A DNA stretch of 64,000 bases. Origin: an uncultured Clostridiaceae bacterium (GTDB lineage Bacteria > Bacillota > Clostridia > TANB77 > CAG-508). This document shows positions 38,373 through 47,780 of this stretch, piece after piece (within the stretch, counting starts at the first letter, position 1; each line of letters begins with the position of its first letter). The notes below the pieces were generated by a model. That model worked only from the letters and a program-made list of their open reading frames with translations, ran no database searches and was not told the origin of the DNA. The stretch is taken from the NCBI GenBank assembly GCA_949927585.1, contig CATLFA010000005.1, positions 2,319-66,318 on the forward strand. The letters are read 5' to 3'. The translations under genes and the position numbers were made by a program.

Positions 38373-38424
38373 AGGGCGTAATTCGGTAAATTCTCTTAGG
38401 ATTCCTAACCTATTAAGCACCTAC
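38373..38424 (+). repeat. 'R' element copy R3
   Basis: The sequence is AGGGCGTAATTCGGTAAATTCTCTTAGGATTCCTAACCTATTAAGCACCTAC. It lies ~190 nt upstream of hflK. Confidence 0.7.
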
Positions 38425-38527
38425 GATATGAAATATTTTTAATGTAAAATATAGCGTAATCTTATTTTAATTAAACAAAAGACAGCTGATATATTGCTGT
38501 CTTTATATATTTTTACTAAATTTATTT

Positions 38528-39335
38528 TTATCTTCTATCAAAAACTTTTTGTAACAATACAACTGATCCATACATTACTGCTGCTACTATTGCTAGTATT
38601 ATAACTCCTGTCATTACTAAGTCTAATTGGAATACTTGACCTCCATATACTATTAAATAGCCAAGACCTGCTTTTGAAACTAAGAATTCTCCTGTTATTA
38701 CACCTACTAATGATAGTCCTATATTTACTTTTAAGGAGTTAAAAAATGTATGCTTGTTAGCTGGTATTATTATTCTTGTTAGTATTTGAAGTTTGTTTGC
38801 ATGAAATGTTTGTGCCATTTTTATTAGTTCCTTATCTGTATTTAAGAAACCATTTAGTATTTCTAATATTGTTACTATTAAGGAAATTGCAAGTGCCATT
38901 ACTATAATTGCTGGCATTCCTGCACCCACCCAAATTATTATCACTGGTCCGAAGAGCTACTTTTGGCAAACTATTTAGTACTACTAAAAATGGCTCTGAT
39001 ACCTTTGACAAAAATTTAGACCACCATAACATTATTGCAATTACTGCTCCTAAAAACGTTCCAAGTAAAAAACCTATTAAGGTTTCTATACAAGTTACTT
39101 TAATATGTTCTAATAAGTTATTTTGTGATAAGTTTAAAAATGTGTTTAGTATACGTGAGGGCTGGCTCATAATAAAACTGTCTATAATGCCTTTATTGGC
39201 AAGCACTTCCCATAATACAATAAGTCCAATAATTATACTAAATTGAACTACTTTTACTAATATTTTTTCATTTCTTATTTTTTTTAAATATTTTTTTCTA
39301 TCTTTTGATATATTTTTTCCTTTATCCATGTACAT
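38528..39335 (-). CDS. ABC transporter permease (NitT/TauT family), interrupted by a +1 break at the in-frame CGG-A (38951..38949)
   Basis: ORF 38832..39335 reads ...LNSLPKVAL then an aberrant tail. The +1 frame gives GPVIIIWVGAGMPAIIVMALA... (ORF 38528..38944). A TAG in the +1 frame two codons upstream confines the shift to about 7 nt. Confidence 0.8.
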
Positions 39336-40065
39336 CTAGTCCTTTCCAAATTGTATCAAAATACTTACTAAACTTTGGACTTTCTCTGCAGTTTAATGGT
39401 GTTCTATTTTCCATTTCAAAATCTATTTTATGAATTTCTTTTACTGTTGCTGGTCTATTAGTTAGTACTATAACTCTATCTGACATGCTTATAGCTTCTG
39501 AAATATCGTGTGTTACTATTAACGCTGTAATGCCTTCATTTCTTAAAATATCATAAATATCTTTTGTTACCATTATTCTTGTTTGATAGTCTAGGGCTGA
39601 GAAGGCTTCATCTAGTAGTAATATTTTAGGTTTTATAGCTAATGTTCTAATTAAAGCTGCTCTTTGCCTCATACCTCCTGATAATTGGTTTGGATATTTA
39701 TCTTTAAATTCATATAAACCATATTTTTTTAGTAGGTTATCCACATATTGTACGTTTTCTGTGGTTTTTAAATTTCTTATTTCTAATCCAAACATTACAT
39801 TTTTATAAATAGTAAGCCATTCTAAAAGGCTATCCTTTTGGAGCATATATCCTATTTCACCATCTATTTGTATTTCTCCACTAGTTTTTTCTTCTAAGCC
39901 TGCAATAATAGATAACATTGTAGATTTTCCACAACCACTTGGTCCAATCAAGCTTACAAATTCGCCTTCATTTATGGAAAAACTAATATCTTTTATTGCT
40001 GTTACTTCTCCATTTACTGCTTGATACTTTTTTGATACATTTTGCACTTTTAAAACTTCTTTCAT
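39322..40065 (-). CDS. ABC transporter ATP-binding protein
   Basis: It has GPSGCGKST, LSGGMRQR and LLLDEAFSALD. The start is placed at MKEVLKVQNV. The upstream 26 codons in the ORF track are translation of the GTCCC repeat. Confidence 0.85.
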   Translation of the reverse strand: MKEVLKVQNVSKKYQAVNGEVTAIKDISFSINEGEFVSLIGPSGCGKSTMLSIIAGLEEKTSGEIQIDGEIGYMLQKDSLLEWLTIYKNVMFGLEIRNLKTTENVQYVDNLLKKYGLYEFKDKYPNQLSGGMRQRAALIRTLAIKPKILLLDEAFSALDYQTRIMVTKDIYDILRNEGITALIVTHDISEAISMSDRVIVLTNRPATVKEIHKIDFEMENRTPLNCRESPKFSKYFDTIWKGLDVHG

Positions 40066-40084
40066 TTTGCACCTACCTTCTTTT

Positions 40085-40144
40085 TTGTCCCATTGTCCCA
40101 TTGGGGACGTTTCCTTTTGGGGTATCTGCCACTTTTGGGACATT
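40085..40144 (-). repeat. GTCCC/GGGAC double-palindrome element, copy b
   Basis: The minus strand reads AATGTCCCAAAAGTGGCAGATACCCCAAAAGGAAACGTCCCCAATGGGACAATGGGACAA. It lies directly upstream of the ABC ATPase RBS. Confidence 0.75.
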
Positions 40145-40292
40145 TGCCTCTTTATGAAATATATTTTTTTAAATTTATTTCATATTATATTTTATGGTAA
40201 CTCTGTTTGTTTGGTGTAAATTTTATTGTTTTTTGTAGAAATTTTATATGAAGAAAAAAAGCCAACACATTTGTGCTGACTTTTTGTGAATT

Positions 40293-40769
40293 TTATTTTT
40301 TTGGTTTAAATTTCCCCACCATATATGCCAAAGGAAAAAATAGTAAAAATGCGATTATTCCTATAATAAGCATTATAGTTTGTAATGTACTACTAATTGG
40401 AACTATATTTGCAATTAGCAAAGATGTCATAAATATTGATGCATCTATTCCAAGCAGTGCTACGCAAACATAGCATTTTGTATTTATTTTTTGAACAATG
40501 CGAGAAATAGAAATAACTACTATTGATAATATACCGAAATATGCAATAAACATACTTACAATAAAGTCAATACTCAATTTTATAACATTGCTATATAGTA
40601 GTATAATAGCAACATTAAGTATAAGTGTTATTACTAAACATATTACAATTTCCCATATATTCGTACCATATTTACAGTCTACTCCATACTTTCTCTTTAA
40701 CCTTCTAATTTCCCTCTTTGTTGCTGTTTCTTTGGTTGCATCCAAATTTTCATAATCTTTAAATGACAT
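40293..40769 (-). CDS. four-TM membrane protein, paralog A
   Basis: 158 aa with a conserved N-terminus (F-K-D/E-x-x-NLD...KRKY) shared with ORF 41505..41993. A GGAGG RBS is present. Confidence 0.5.
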   Translation of the reverse strand: MSFKDYENLDATKETATKREIRRLKRKYGVDCKYGTNIWEIVICLVITLILNVAIILLYSNVIKLSIDFIVSMFIAYFGILSIVVISISRIVQKINTKCYVCVALLGIDASIFMTSLLIANIVPISSTLQTIMLIIGIIAFLLFFPLAYMVGKFKPKK

Positions 40770-41057
40770 ATTGTACCTCCTAACAAATTATTGTTTACAG
40801 TTACATTTTTTATAAAACTTGCTTTTGCAATATTAATTTTATGTTAATATTATATCTTTTTCCTTATTATATGTCAATAGGGATGGGGCTTTTTGACAAC
40901 TTTTTGGAATATATATTTTTTGAAAATTTTATTTTATATTGTGTTTTATGATAACTTGTTTTTTTGTGTAATTTTTATTGATTTTTTATAAATTTATGTT
41001 ATAATATTATAGTTATGTAACTTATTAACCTATAAAATAATTTTTAGGAGGTATGAT

Positions 41058-41351
41058 ATGGTAAAATTAGAATCGATAACTGGTGTAAAAGAAACTATTG
41101 AATTGGATGATAAGACTTATACTATTTATTGTAATTTAGTTCCTAGTACTCCTAATAAAAATACATGGGAATGTACTTTTCCTGAAAGTATTAGTTTATC
41201 TACAATTATACATATTGTTACCCTTTTATTCTCTTCTAATATCCTTAATGCAGATTATCTTCGTTTTACTTTTAAAGATAATAAAATTCTTTTAAAAAAG
41301 TCGAATTATGAAGATCTGAAGGATAAAATTCTTAGTCAAATTTTGAATTAA
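41058..41351 (+). CDS. hypothetical protein
   Basis: 97 aa with a GGAGG RBS 6 nt upstream. A strong terminator follows. Confidence 0.45.
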   Translation: MVKLESITGVKETIELDDKTYTIYCNLVPSTPNKNTWECTFPESISLSTIIHIVTLLFSSNILNADYLRFTFKDNKILLKKSNYEDLKDKILSQILN

Positions 41352-41361
41352 ATATTGAAAG

Positions 41362-41400
41362 AACGTAATTACCTATTATAAGGTAATTACGTTTTGTTTT
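41362..41400 (+). terminator. rho-independent terminator
   Basis: AACGTAATTACC-tattataa-GGTAATTACGTT followed by TTTGTTTT. Confidence 0.75.
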
Positions 41401-41504
41401 ATTTTATATTTTTCTATCTTGTTTATTATTTAATTAACTTCATATATTTAAGTTTATTTGTAACCTTTTATATTGTTATATTTTATATAAAAGGGTCAAC
41501 GTAA

Positions 41505-41993
41505 TTAAGTCAACCCTTTTCCTTTATTCACTTTTTCTAATCTTTTTCCAATATACCATAAAATAAAATATAATATAATTGCGTTTATCATAATTATAAA
41601 TAATACTATCTTTAATGTAATACTTATTTGACCTATTATTCCAATTATATAAGATGTAAAAAATAACAACCCATCTATTCCTAATACAGTTTGCCAAATA
41701 TTCATCTTTATATTTTTCCCTCTAATAATATTACAAACAGAAAGAACTATCATTAAAAGTGTTACAAAATATACTGCAAACATGCATGCAATAATTGATG
41801 ATACTAATTCTATGATATTGCTATATAGTATTATAATAATAATAGTAGCTATGGTTGTTATTCCTATGCATAATATCATTTCCCATACATTATGCTTACC
41901 TGTTACTTTGTATTTTCTTTTTAATTTTTCAAGTTCCTTTTTTGATGCGTTTTCGCCTGTTACATCTAAATTTTGATGTTCTTTAAAACACAT
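41505..41993 (-). CDS. four-TM membrane protein, paralog B
   Basis: 162 aa, colinear with ORF 40293..40769. The RBS and leader (AACAATAATTTGTTAGGAGGTA) are nearly identical. Confidence 0.5.
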   Translation of the reverse strand: MCFKEHQNLDVTGENASKKELEKLKRKYKVTGKHNVWEMILCIGITTIATIIIIILYSNIIELVSSIIACMFAVYFVTLLMIVLSVCNIIRGKNIKMNIWQTVLGIDGLLFFTSYIIGIIGQISITLKIVLFIIMINAIILYFILWYIGKRLEKVNKGKGLT

Positions 41994-42155
41994 ATTATAC
42001 CTCCTAACAAATTATTGTTTTTGGTTATGCATTACATTTTTATGTTAATATTATATATTATGTTTTATTAAAAGTCAATAAAAAATTAACTTTACATCAA
42101 TATGGACGGAGCGCCTTGACAATTATTGTGTCAAAAAGCCCCATCTCTATGGACA

Positions 42156-43391
42156 TTAAATTCTTATTGTTTGGCCTGCGTAAATTAGGTTTGGATTTTG
42201 TATTCGGTTTAGTCTTACTATTGTTGCTATTGGTACACCATATCTTCTTGATATTCCATATAGTGTGTCTCCCCATTTTATTTTGTATAGTGTGTGGTTT
42301 AGGTCGTATCTGTTTGTTGGTATTATTAGTCTTTGACCTACATATATTAGGTTTATATTTCTTATTCCATTTTCTACTGCTATTGCTCTTGCTGTTGTTC
42401 CGTAACTTGCTGCTATTTGGTTTAGAGTATCTCCTGCTTTTACAATGTATACTGTTTGCCCTGAGGTCGAATTTCCATCAGTATCATTTGGTGTTTCTCC
42501 ACTTGGTACTATTAATGTTTGACCTGTATAGATTAGGTTTGGGTTTGCTATGTTGTTTAATTCTACTAGTCTTGCTACTGTTGTATTATATTCTAGTGCT
42601 AATCTACTTAAAGTGTCTCCTCTTTGTACTATTATTGTTGTTGTTCCTCCTGCTACTGGTTTATTGTTGTTGTCTGGAAGTGGAATTTCTGATGAACCAT
42701 TTAATAGTATTCCGTCTGTAAATTTATCTCTATCTACATATCCACTTATTCCTGATACTTCTCCTGTACTTGTGTATTGCCAACCTACCCATGTACTCCA
42801 ATTTCCGTTTGGTGTTGGCTCATATACTTCATATTGTGCTACCCATAGTGGGTAATTTGTTAGTTCTCCTCTAAACCTATTTGATGCATTACTTGTATCA
42901 CTATAAATTACCATTTCTTTTCCGCTTAAATTTTGTACTGTTTGCATGAATGTTAGACCTATTTCATTAATTTCTTCTACATTTAAGTTTCCAAAACTTT
43001 CAAAGTCCATTGCTAACCTACAATCTGGTACTTTTCCTGAAATAGTCGATACAAAGAACTTAGCCTGATTAATTGCTTCTTCTACACTTCTGGCTGTTAA
43101 GTAATGATAAAAGCCTACTTTTAAATTGTTTGCTTTTGCATTTTCATAGTTTTCATTAAAATATGGGTCTACAAATGAGCTTCCTTCACTTGCTTTCATA
43201 TATACAATTTGTATTCCACTATTTCTTACTTCTGCATAATTTATATTTCCTTGCCAACCACTTACATCTATTCCTTCATATATGGTGTCACTTGAAGGAG
43301 AAAATGCGTATACTGGTGCTATTAATATGTACATTGGAGCTGTTAGTATTATTAGAAAACTTACCAATATTTTAAATATACTTTTTTTCAT
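42156..43391 (-). CDS. GH25 muramidase with three C-terminal LysM domains
   Basis: It has a signal peptide. [12 protein letters not shown]...VYMKASEG...GFYHY is GH25. There are three LysM repeats ([14 protein letters not shown]..., [14 protein letters not shown]..., [14 protein letters not shown]...). Confidence 0.85.
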   Translation of the reverse strand: MKKSIFKILVSFLIILTAPMYILIAPVYAFSPSSDTIYEGIDVSGWQGNINYAEVRNSGIQIVYMKASEGSSFVDPYFNENYENAKANNLKVGFYHYLTARSVEEAINQAKFFVSTISGKVPDCRLAMDFESFGNLNVEEINEIGLTFMQTVQNLSGKEMVIYSDTSNASNRFRGELTNYPLWVAQYEVYEPTPNGNWSTWVGWQYTSTGEVSGISGYVDRDKFTDGILLNGSSEIPLPDNNNKPVAGGTTTIIVQRGDTLSRLALEYNTTVARLVELNNIANPNLIYTGQTLIVPSGETPNDTDGNSTSGQTVYIVKAGDTLNQIAASYGTTARAIAVENGIRNINLIYVGQRLIIPTNRYDLNHTLYKIKWGDTLYGISRRYGVPIATIVRLNRIQNPNLIYAGQTIRI

Positions 43392-43622
43392 TTTTCCACC
43401 TGCCTTTTTTATATTGTATGAAAATAGTAAAATAGAGTGAATATCTCTTATTTGTTCTATTCGACAAAACTTCTATTATTTCGCTATTGCGACTTCGTTA
43501 ATTTTATGTTAATATTGTTTTGTTTAGTATTTTAATTTTAATCTTATTAAACTTTTAGGATATTCTTTCCTAAAATATTTTCCAAATTTATTATAAAATT
43601 AAATATAAAAGGAGTTGATTGT

Positions 43623-44480
43623 ATAGAACTACTAGAATTAAAAAACGACTATACTTTTAAGCGTGTTTTTGGCTTTTCTGGAAATGAAGATATTACTAAA
43701 GATTTATTAAGTGCTATATTAAAAGAACAAATAAATAATGTAGAACTTAATTGCAAAGAAATACTTGAAAGAGAAGTTTTTGATGATAAACTAGGCATAT
43801 TGGATATTAGAGCAAAATTAAATTATAATATTGATTGTGATATTGAAATGCAGGTTGTAGATCAGAAAAATATAGAAAATAGATTACTTTTCTATTTAAG
43901 CAAAATGTATGGTCAAAATGTTAAAAAAGGTCAAAAATATAGAGAAACAAATAAGTGTATAGCCATATTATTTACAAACTTTAATATTGAGCAACTTAAA
44001 TCAATTAAAAAATACAAAACAAAATGGAATTTTAGAGAAAAAGATTATTCCAATATAATCTTGACAGATGCTATGGAAGTTCATATAATAGAATTGTCCA
44101 AAGTAAAAGAGTACTCAGAAAATAAAGAACTTGATACTTGGGTTAATTTTATTAATGAAGTAGGTGATTTTGATATGAGTAAAGCAAATGAACAAATAAA
44201 AAGGGCAAAAAAAGTATTAGAAGAAATAAGTAATGATGAACGTGAACAATATTTAGCACATTTAAGGGAAAAATACATATTAGATCAAAATAATTTATTA
44301 GATACAGGATATGAACGTGGTTTTGAACAAGGTGTAAAAGATGGTGTTGAAAAAGGCATTGAGCAAGGTTCTAAACAACGTGAAATTGAAATAGCTAAAG
44401 AAATGAAAAAACAAAATTATTCCATAGAGGAAATTCAAAAAATAACTAATTTAACAAAAGAAGAAATTGAAAAATTATAA
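43623..44480 (+). CDS. Rpn/PD-(D/E)XK 'transposase-like' nuclease family protein; canonical start codon missing
   Basis: The frame is open from 43620 and encodes (I)ELLELKNDYTFKRVFG...LGILDIRAKL...DIEMQ, typical of the family. ATA at 43623 sits 9 nt after AAGGAG. The first ATG is at 43800. Confidence 0.6.
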   Translation: MELLELKNDYTFKRVFGFSGNEDITKDLLSAILKEQINNVELNCKEILEREVFDDKLGILDIRAKLNYNIDCDIEMQVVDQKNIENRLLFYLSKMYGQNVKKGQKYRETNKCIAILFTNFNIEQLKSIKKYKTKWNFREKDYSNIILTDAMEVHIIELSKVKEYSENKELDTWVNFINEVGDFDMSKANEQIKRAKKVLEEISNDEREQYLAHLREKYILDQNNLLDTGYERGFEQGVKDGVEKGIEQGSKQREIEIAKEMKKQNYSIEEIQKITNLTKEEIEKL

Positions 44481-44514
44481 TTTGAGTAACTAATTTAAAA
44501 TACTAAGCACAAGT

Positions 44515-44548
44515 AAAAAGACCACTTTTAAAAGCGGTCTTTTTACTT
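44515..44548 (+). terminator. rho-independent terminator
   Basis: AAAAGACCAC-ttttaaaa-GCGGTCTTTTTAC. Confidence 0.65.
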
Positions 44549-44642
44549 TTATTTACATATAATTTTAAGGTCATCAAAAAATGATGTATGTTCATCTTTT
44601 GTATTTGCATAATCTACTACGTTAGCTAATATAGTAAATTAG

Positions 44643-46146
44643 GTGATTTTTTTGAGGAAAGTTAAAGTTTTTTTGCTTAATGGTATTTTACTTACTTGTA
44701 CTTCTCTTTTACTTAGAAGTATTGGTATGTTTTTTGGTGTGTATATTTCTAATAAAATAGGGGCTGAGGCGGCTCGGAGTTTATCAGCTTATTATGTCAG
44801 TGTATATGCTTTTTGTGTGTTTTGCAAGTTCTGGGGTGAACCTTGCTACTTCTAGAATTGTTTCTGAGCAGATGGCTTATGGCAAGGAAGATGGTATGAG
44901 ACTTGCTGTTAAGAAGTGTATTAATTATAGCTTATTTATGGGAGTGACTTCAGCTGTTTTACTATTTCTGTTTTCTCCTTTTATTTCTACTTATTGGTTA
45001 CATTCTAAAGTTAGTAGTATGCCTCTTAGAATTATTGCTCTTAGTCTTCCTTTTTTATCGATAAGTAGTAGTATTAATGGGTATTTTTCTGCTATTAGAA
45101 ATGTTAAGAAAACAGCAATTGCTCAAGTTTTAGAACAAATTATTAGAATTTATTTTGTTACATTTTTTATTAATTACTTTTTACCTTCTGGAATTGAGTA
45201 TGCTTGCATTTCATTGGTTTTAGGCGGTACTATTTCTGAAATCTGTTCTTTTTTACTTCTTTTATTTTCTTATAAAAGAGATATTAGAAGAAAGAAATGT
45301 GTTATCAATAGAGGCGATAATTATACAAAACAAATTCTAAGAATTACTCTTCCTATTGCTTTTACTTCATATGTTCGCTCTGGGCTTTCTACTTTAAAGC
45401 AAATTCTTATTCCTATACGTTTAGAAAAGTCTGGAATATCATGTGAAAGGGCTCTTTCGCAGTATGGTATGATTAATGGTATGGCTATGCCTTTAATTAT
45501 GTTTCCATGCACATTTATTTCTTCTTTTAGTATGTTACTCATTCCTGAATTTTCGTACCTAAATGCTAAAAAAAGTTATGATAAAATTAATTTTGCCATT
45601 AATAAGATACTTAAATTTTGCTTTATTTTTTCTTTTTTAATTATGGGTGTTTTTTGGTGCTTTTCTGAGGAGCTTTCTAGTAGTATTTATAGTGAGGCTG
45701 ATGTTTCTATTTTTATAAAAGTGCTTTCTCCGCTTATTGTTTTAATGTATATTGATAATGTAGTTGATGGTATTTTAAAAGGATTAGATAAACAAGTGGC
45801 TGTTATGGGAATTAATATTTTGGATTTATTTACGAGTATAACTTTTATTTATTTTTTACTGCCTATTCAGGGTATAAAGGGTTATATTGTTGTACTTTTT
45901 ATTAGTGAAATTTTAAATGGTTTAGTTAGCTTACTTTTATTAATTAAAGAAACTAATATTAAATTAGATTTTGCAAATTGGATTTTAAAACCTTGTTTCG
46001 CTGTTTTTGTACTTAATTTAATTTTTAAGAATTATATCCCTAGTGGAATTTTAGAATTAATAGTTCAAATTTTGTTGTTTTGTATTTGCTATTTTGCTAG
46101 TATTGTTTTGTTTAGGGGATTAGTTAAGAGTGATTTGAAATTTTAG
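44643..46146 (+). CDS. SpoVB-like MOP-superfamily flippase, interrupted by a +1 break at the in-frame CGG-A (44775)
   Basis: ORF 44643..44855 reads ...ISNKIGAEAA then an aberrant tail. The +1 frame gives GVYQLIMSVYMLFVCFASSGVNLATSRIVSEQ..., continuing as ORF 44794..46146. The protein is polytopic. Confidence 0.75.
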
Positions 46147-46156
46147 CAATAGTAGG

Positions 46157-46206
46157 AACACCCAACAACTTATACTTATTTAAGTACAGTTGCTGGGTGT
46201 TATTTT
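46157..46206. terminator. bidirectional terminator
   Basis: AACACCCAACAACT ... AGTTGCTGGGTGTT followed by a T run. Confidence 0.65.
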
Positions 46207-46208
46207 AG

Positions 46209-46802
46209 TTAGAAATATTTTTCATATAGTGAACTCATAGTATCTGGTATTCCATTTTCTTTGATAGCTTCTTCATATGCAAAAATAAAGTCATCATATA
46301 GTTCTTCTCCATTAGGGAATACTTCTCTGTATTCCTCTTCCATATTAATAATAGGATAATTTTTTACGCCACAACTATAATAAAATCTGATAAGTGCATA
46401 TATTTCTGCTTTCGTAGTTACAATGATTGAGAATCCATTATCTTTTATTGTATATATAACACTTTTAATAGCTTCAAAGTCTTGCCACATATGATTAGCC
46501 CAATAGTCACGTATTTCTCCTAGCTCTTCAATCTTTTGCTCTTCTACTTGTAGCCGTTCTTTCTCTTCTTCTAATTCTTCACGTGAATTTTTATAAATAA
46601 TATACTTATTTTGTGTACTATCAGCTACTGATATTTTGAGAAGATTATTTACCATTTCTAAATCTTCTTCATTATAAATTTCTCTTAAGTCATCCTCTTC
46701 TTTTTCTAACCGTTTTACCTGTTCATATGCAATATAAAAGCTATTGCATAAACTTTTAAAATAACTTTGCAAATCATACTGGTTCATTTTGTAGTCGCTC
46801 AT
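46209..46802 (-). CDS. hypothetical acidic protein, related to ORF 54272..54685
   Basis: 197 aa. It shares the (A/V)ALI(R/D)FY segment with ORF 54272..54685. It contains two in-frame CGG codons (CGG-C and CGG-T) read in the zero frame. Confidence 0.5.
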   Translation of the reverse strand: MSDYKMNQYDLQSYFKSLCNSFYIAYEQVKRLEKEEDDLREIYNEEDLEMVNNLLKISVADSTQNKYIIYKNSREELEEEKERLQVEEQKIEELGEIRDYWANHMWQDFEAIKSVIYTIKDNGFSIIVTTKAEIYALIRFYYSCGVKNYPIINMEEEYREVFPNGEELYDDFIFAYEEAIKENGIPDTMSSLYEKYF

Positions 46803-46965
46803 ATTGTTTTCCTCCTTATAAAGTTATTTGCTTTCTACTATAGTACTGCACCAAATTATATCATAAGGTTTAACATAATGCAATGAAATTATTTTATTCT
46901 ATGATATTTTCTATCTGAATATATTTTATGTAGAATTTTTTTTATTTTAACTATATTTTGCTATA

Positions 46966-47718
46966 TTACTCTATTTCACTTTTACCAGTAGCATAATCTA
47001 TTTTTATGCCTGGTTGAACATTGTATATGTATACATTAAAACATATTCCTTTTCCATTATCTTCAATAGAATAGCTTTCTATTTGTACGCCATTTGCTAC
47101 TAAATTGTTTTCTTGAAATATTGGTGTAACCCTATATAGCACATGATTTTGTGGGTTTTCTTGAATATAGTCTGCTACTTGGTTTTCGAAAGGTAGCATT
47201 CCTTGTACGTTCATATAGCGGGTTCCAGTTATTAAGTTTTTTTCGTTTGCATTTTCTGCTGCTAGTTGGTATCCTATTAGGTGACAACGGTTGTATAGGT
47301 AGTTTCCTTCTACTATTCCTTCATATTTTATTGTTTGCCAACCTGATGGTTTTATCATTCCTATCGCTTCTCTTTCTTGACCTTCTTTTGGCATTATTTC
47401 TTTGCATATATTTGCATATGCTATGGAACATCTTCCTAAATTATCAAGTTCACTATAATTTTCGAATACGCCTAAATTGTAATCTTCTTCGGTAAATGAG
47501 GGGATATTATTGTTTATTGTGCAATATGGTAATTGTGAATATTCTGGAATTTCAGAAATATCAAATGTTATAGTATTTGCATTTTCAACGTTCTGTTCGT
47601 TACTCTTATAATTTAAAAAGTAACTTGCGGTACCTATTATTGTAACTAAAATGATAAGAATTATCTGCTTACTTAAACTTCTTGTTTTTTTCCTACTTTT
47701 CATTTCGTTATACCTCAC
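46966..47718 (-). CDS. secreted/membrane-anchored DNA/RNA non-specific endonuclease (NucA/EndA-like)
   Basis: It has an N-terminal TM. NRCHLIGYQLAAENANEKNLITGTRYMNVQGMLPFENQV matches the Endonuclease_NS_2-type motif. Confidence 0.7.
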   Translation of the reverse strand: MRYNEMKSRKKTRSLSKQIILIILVTIIGTASYFLNYKSNEQNVENANTITFDISEIPEYSQLPYCTINNNIPSFTEEDYNLGVFENYSELDNLGRCSIAYANICKEIMPKEGQEREAIGMIKPSGWQTIKYEGIVEGNYLYNRCHLIGYQLAAENANEKNLITGTRYMNVQGMLPFENQVADYIQENPQNHVLYRVTPIFQENNLVANGVQIESYSIEDNGKGICFNVYIYNVQPGIKIDYATGKSEIE

Positions 47719-47780
47719 TTTTACTTGATTTTGTATGTTTATTAGTATAGCATAGTATAATAAAATATGAAAGTATAATT

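Noticed and set aside
43392-43530. c-di-AMP (ydaO-type) riboswitch upstream of the GH25-LysM muramidase gene.
   Set aside because: The ~120-nt leader is AT-rich and lacks the conserved G-rich ACGGGG/CCCA-type cores I would expect. A covariance-model scan would be needed to revive this idea.
8640-44800. Explaining the frame breaks as ordinary homopolymer indel errors.
   Set aside because: Four of the five CGG-A sites (7260, 8657, 38951, 44775) have no run longer than 3 nt in the permitted shift window, and restoring the conserved Gly requires removal of the base 5' of GG. Only metK (A4) and the TcpC-like gene (two A5 runs) remain compatible with homopolymer error, and this is stated in their findings.
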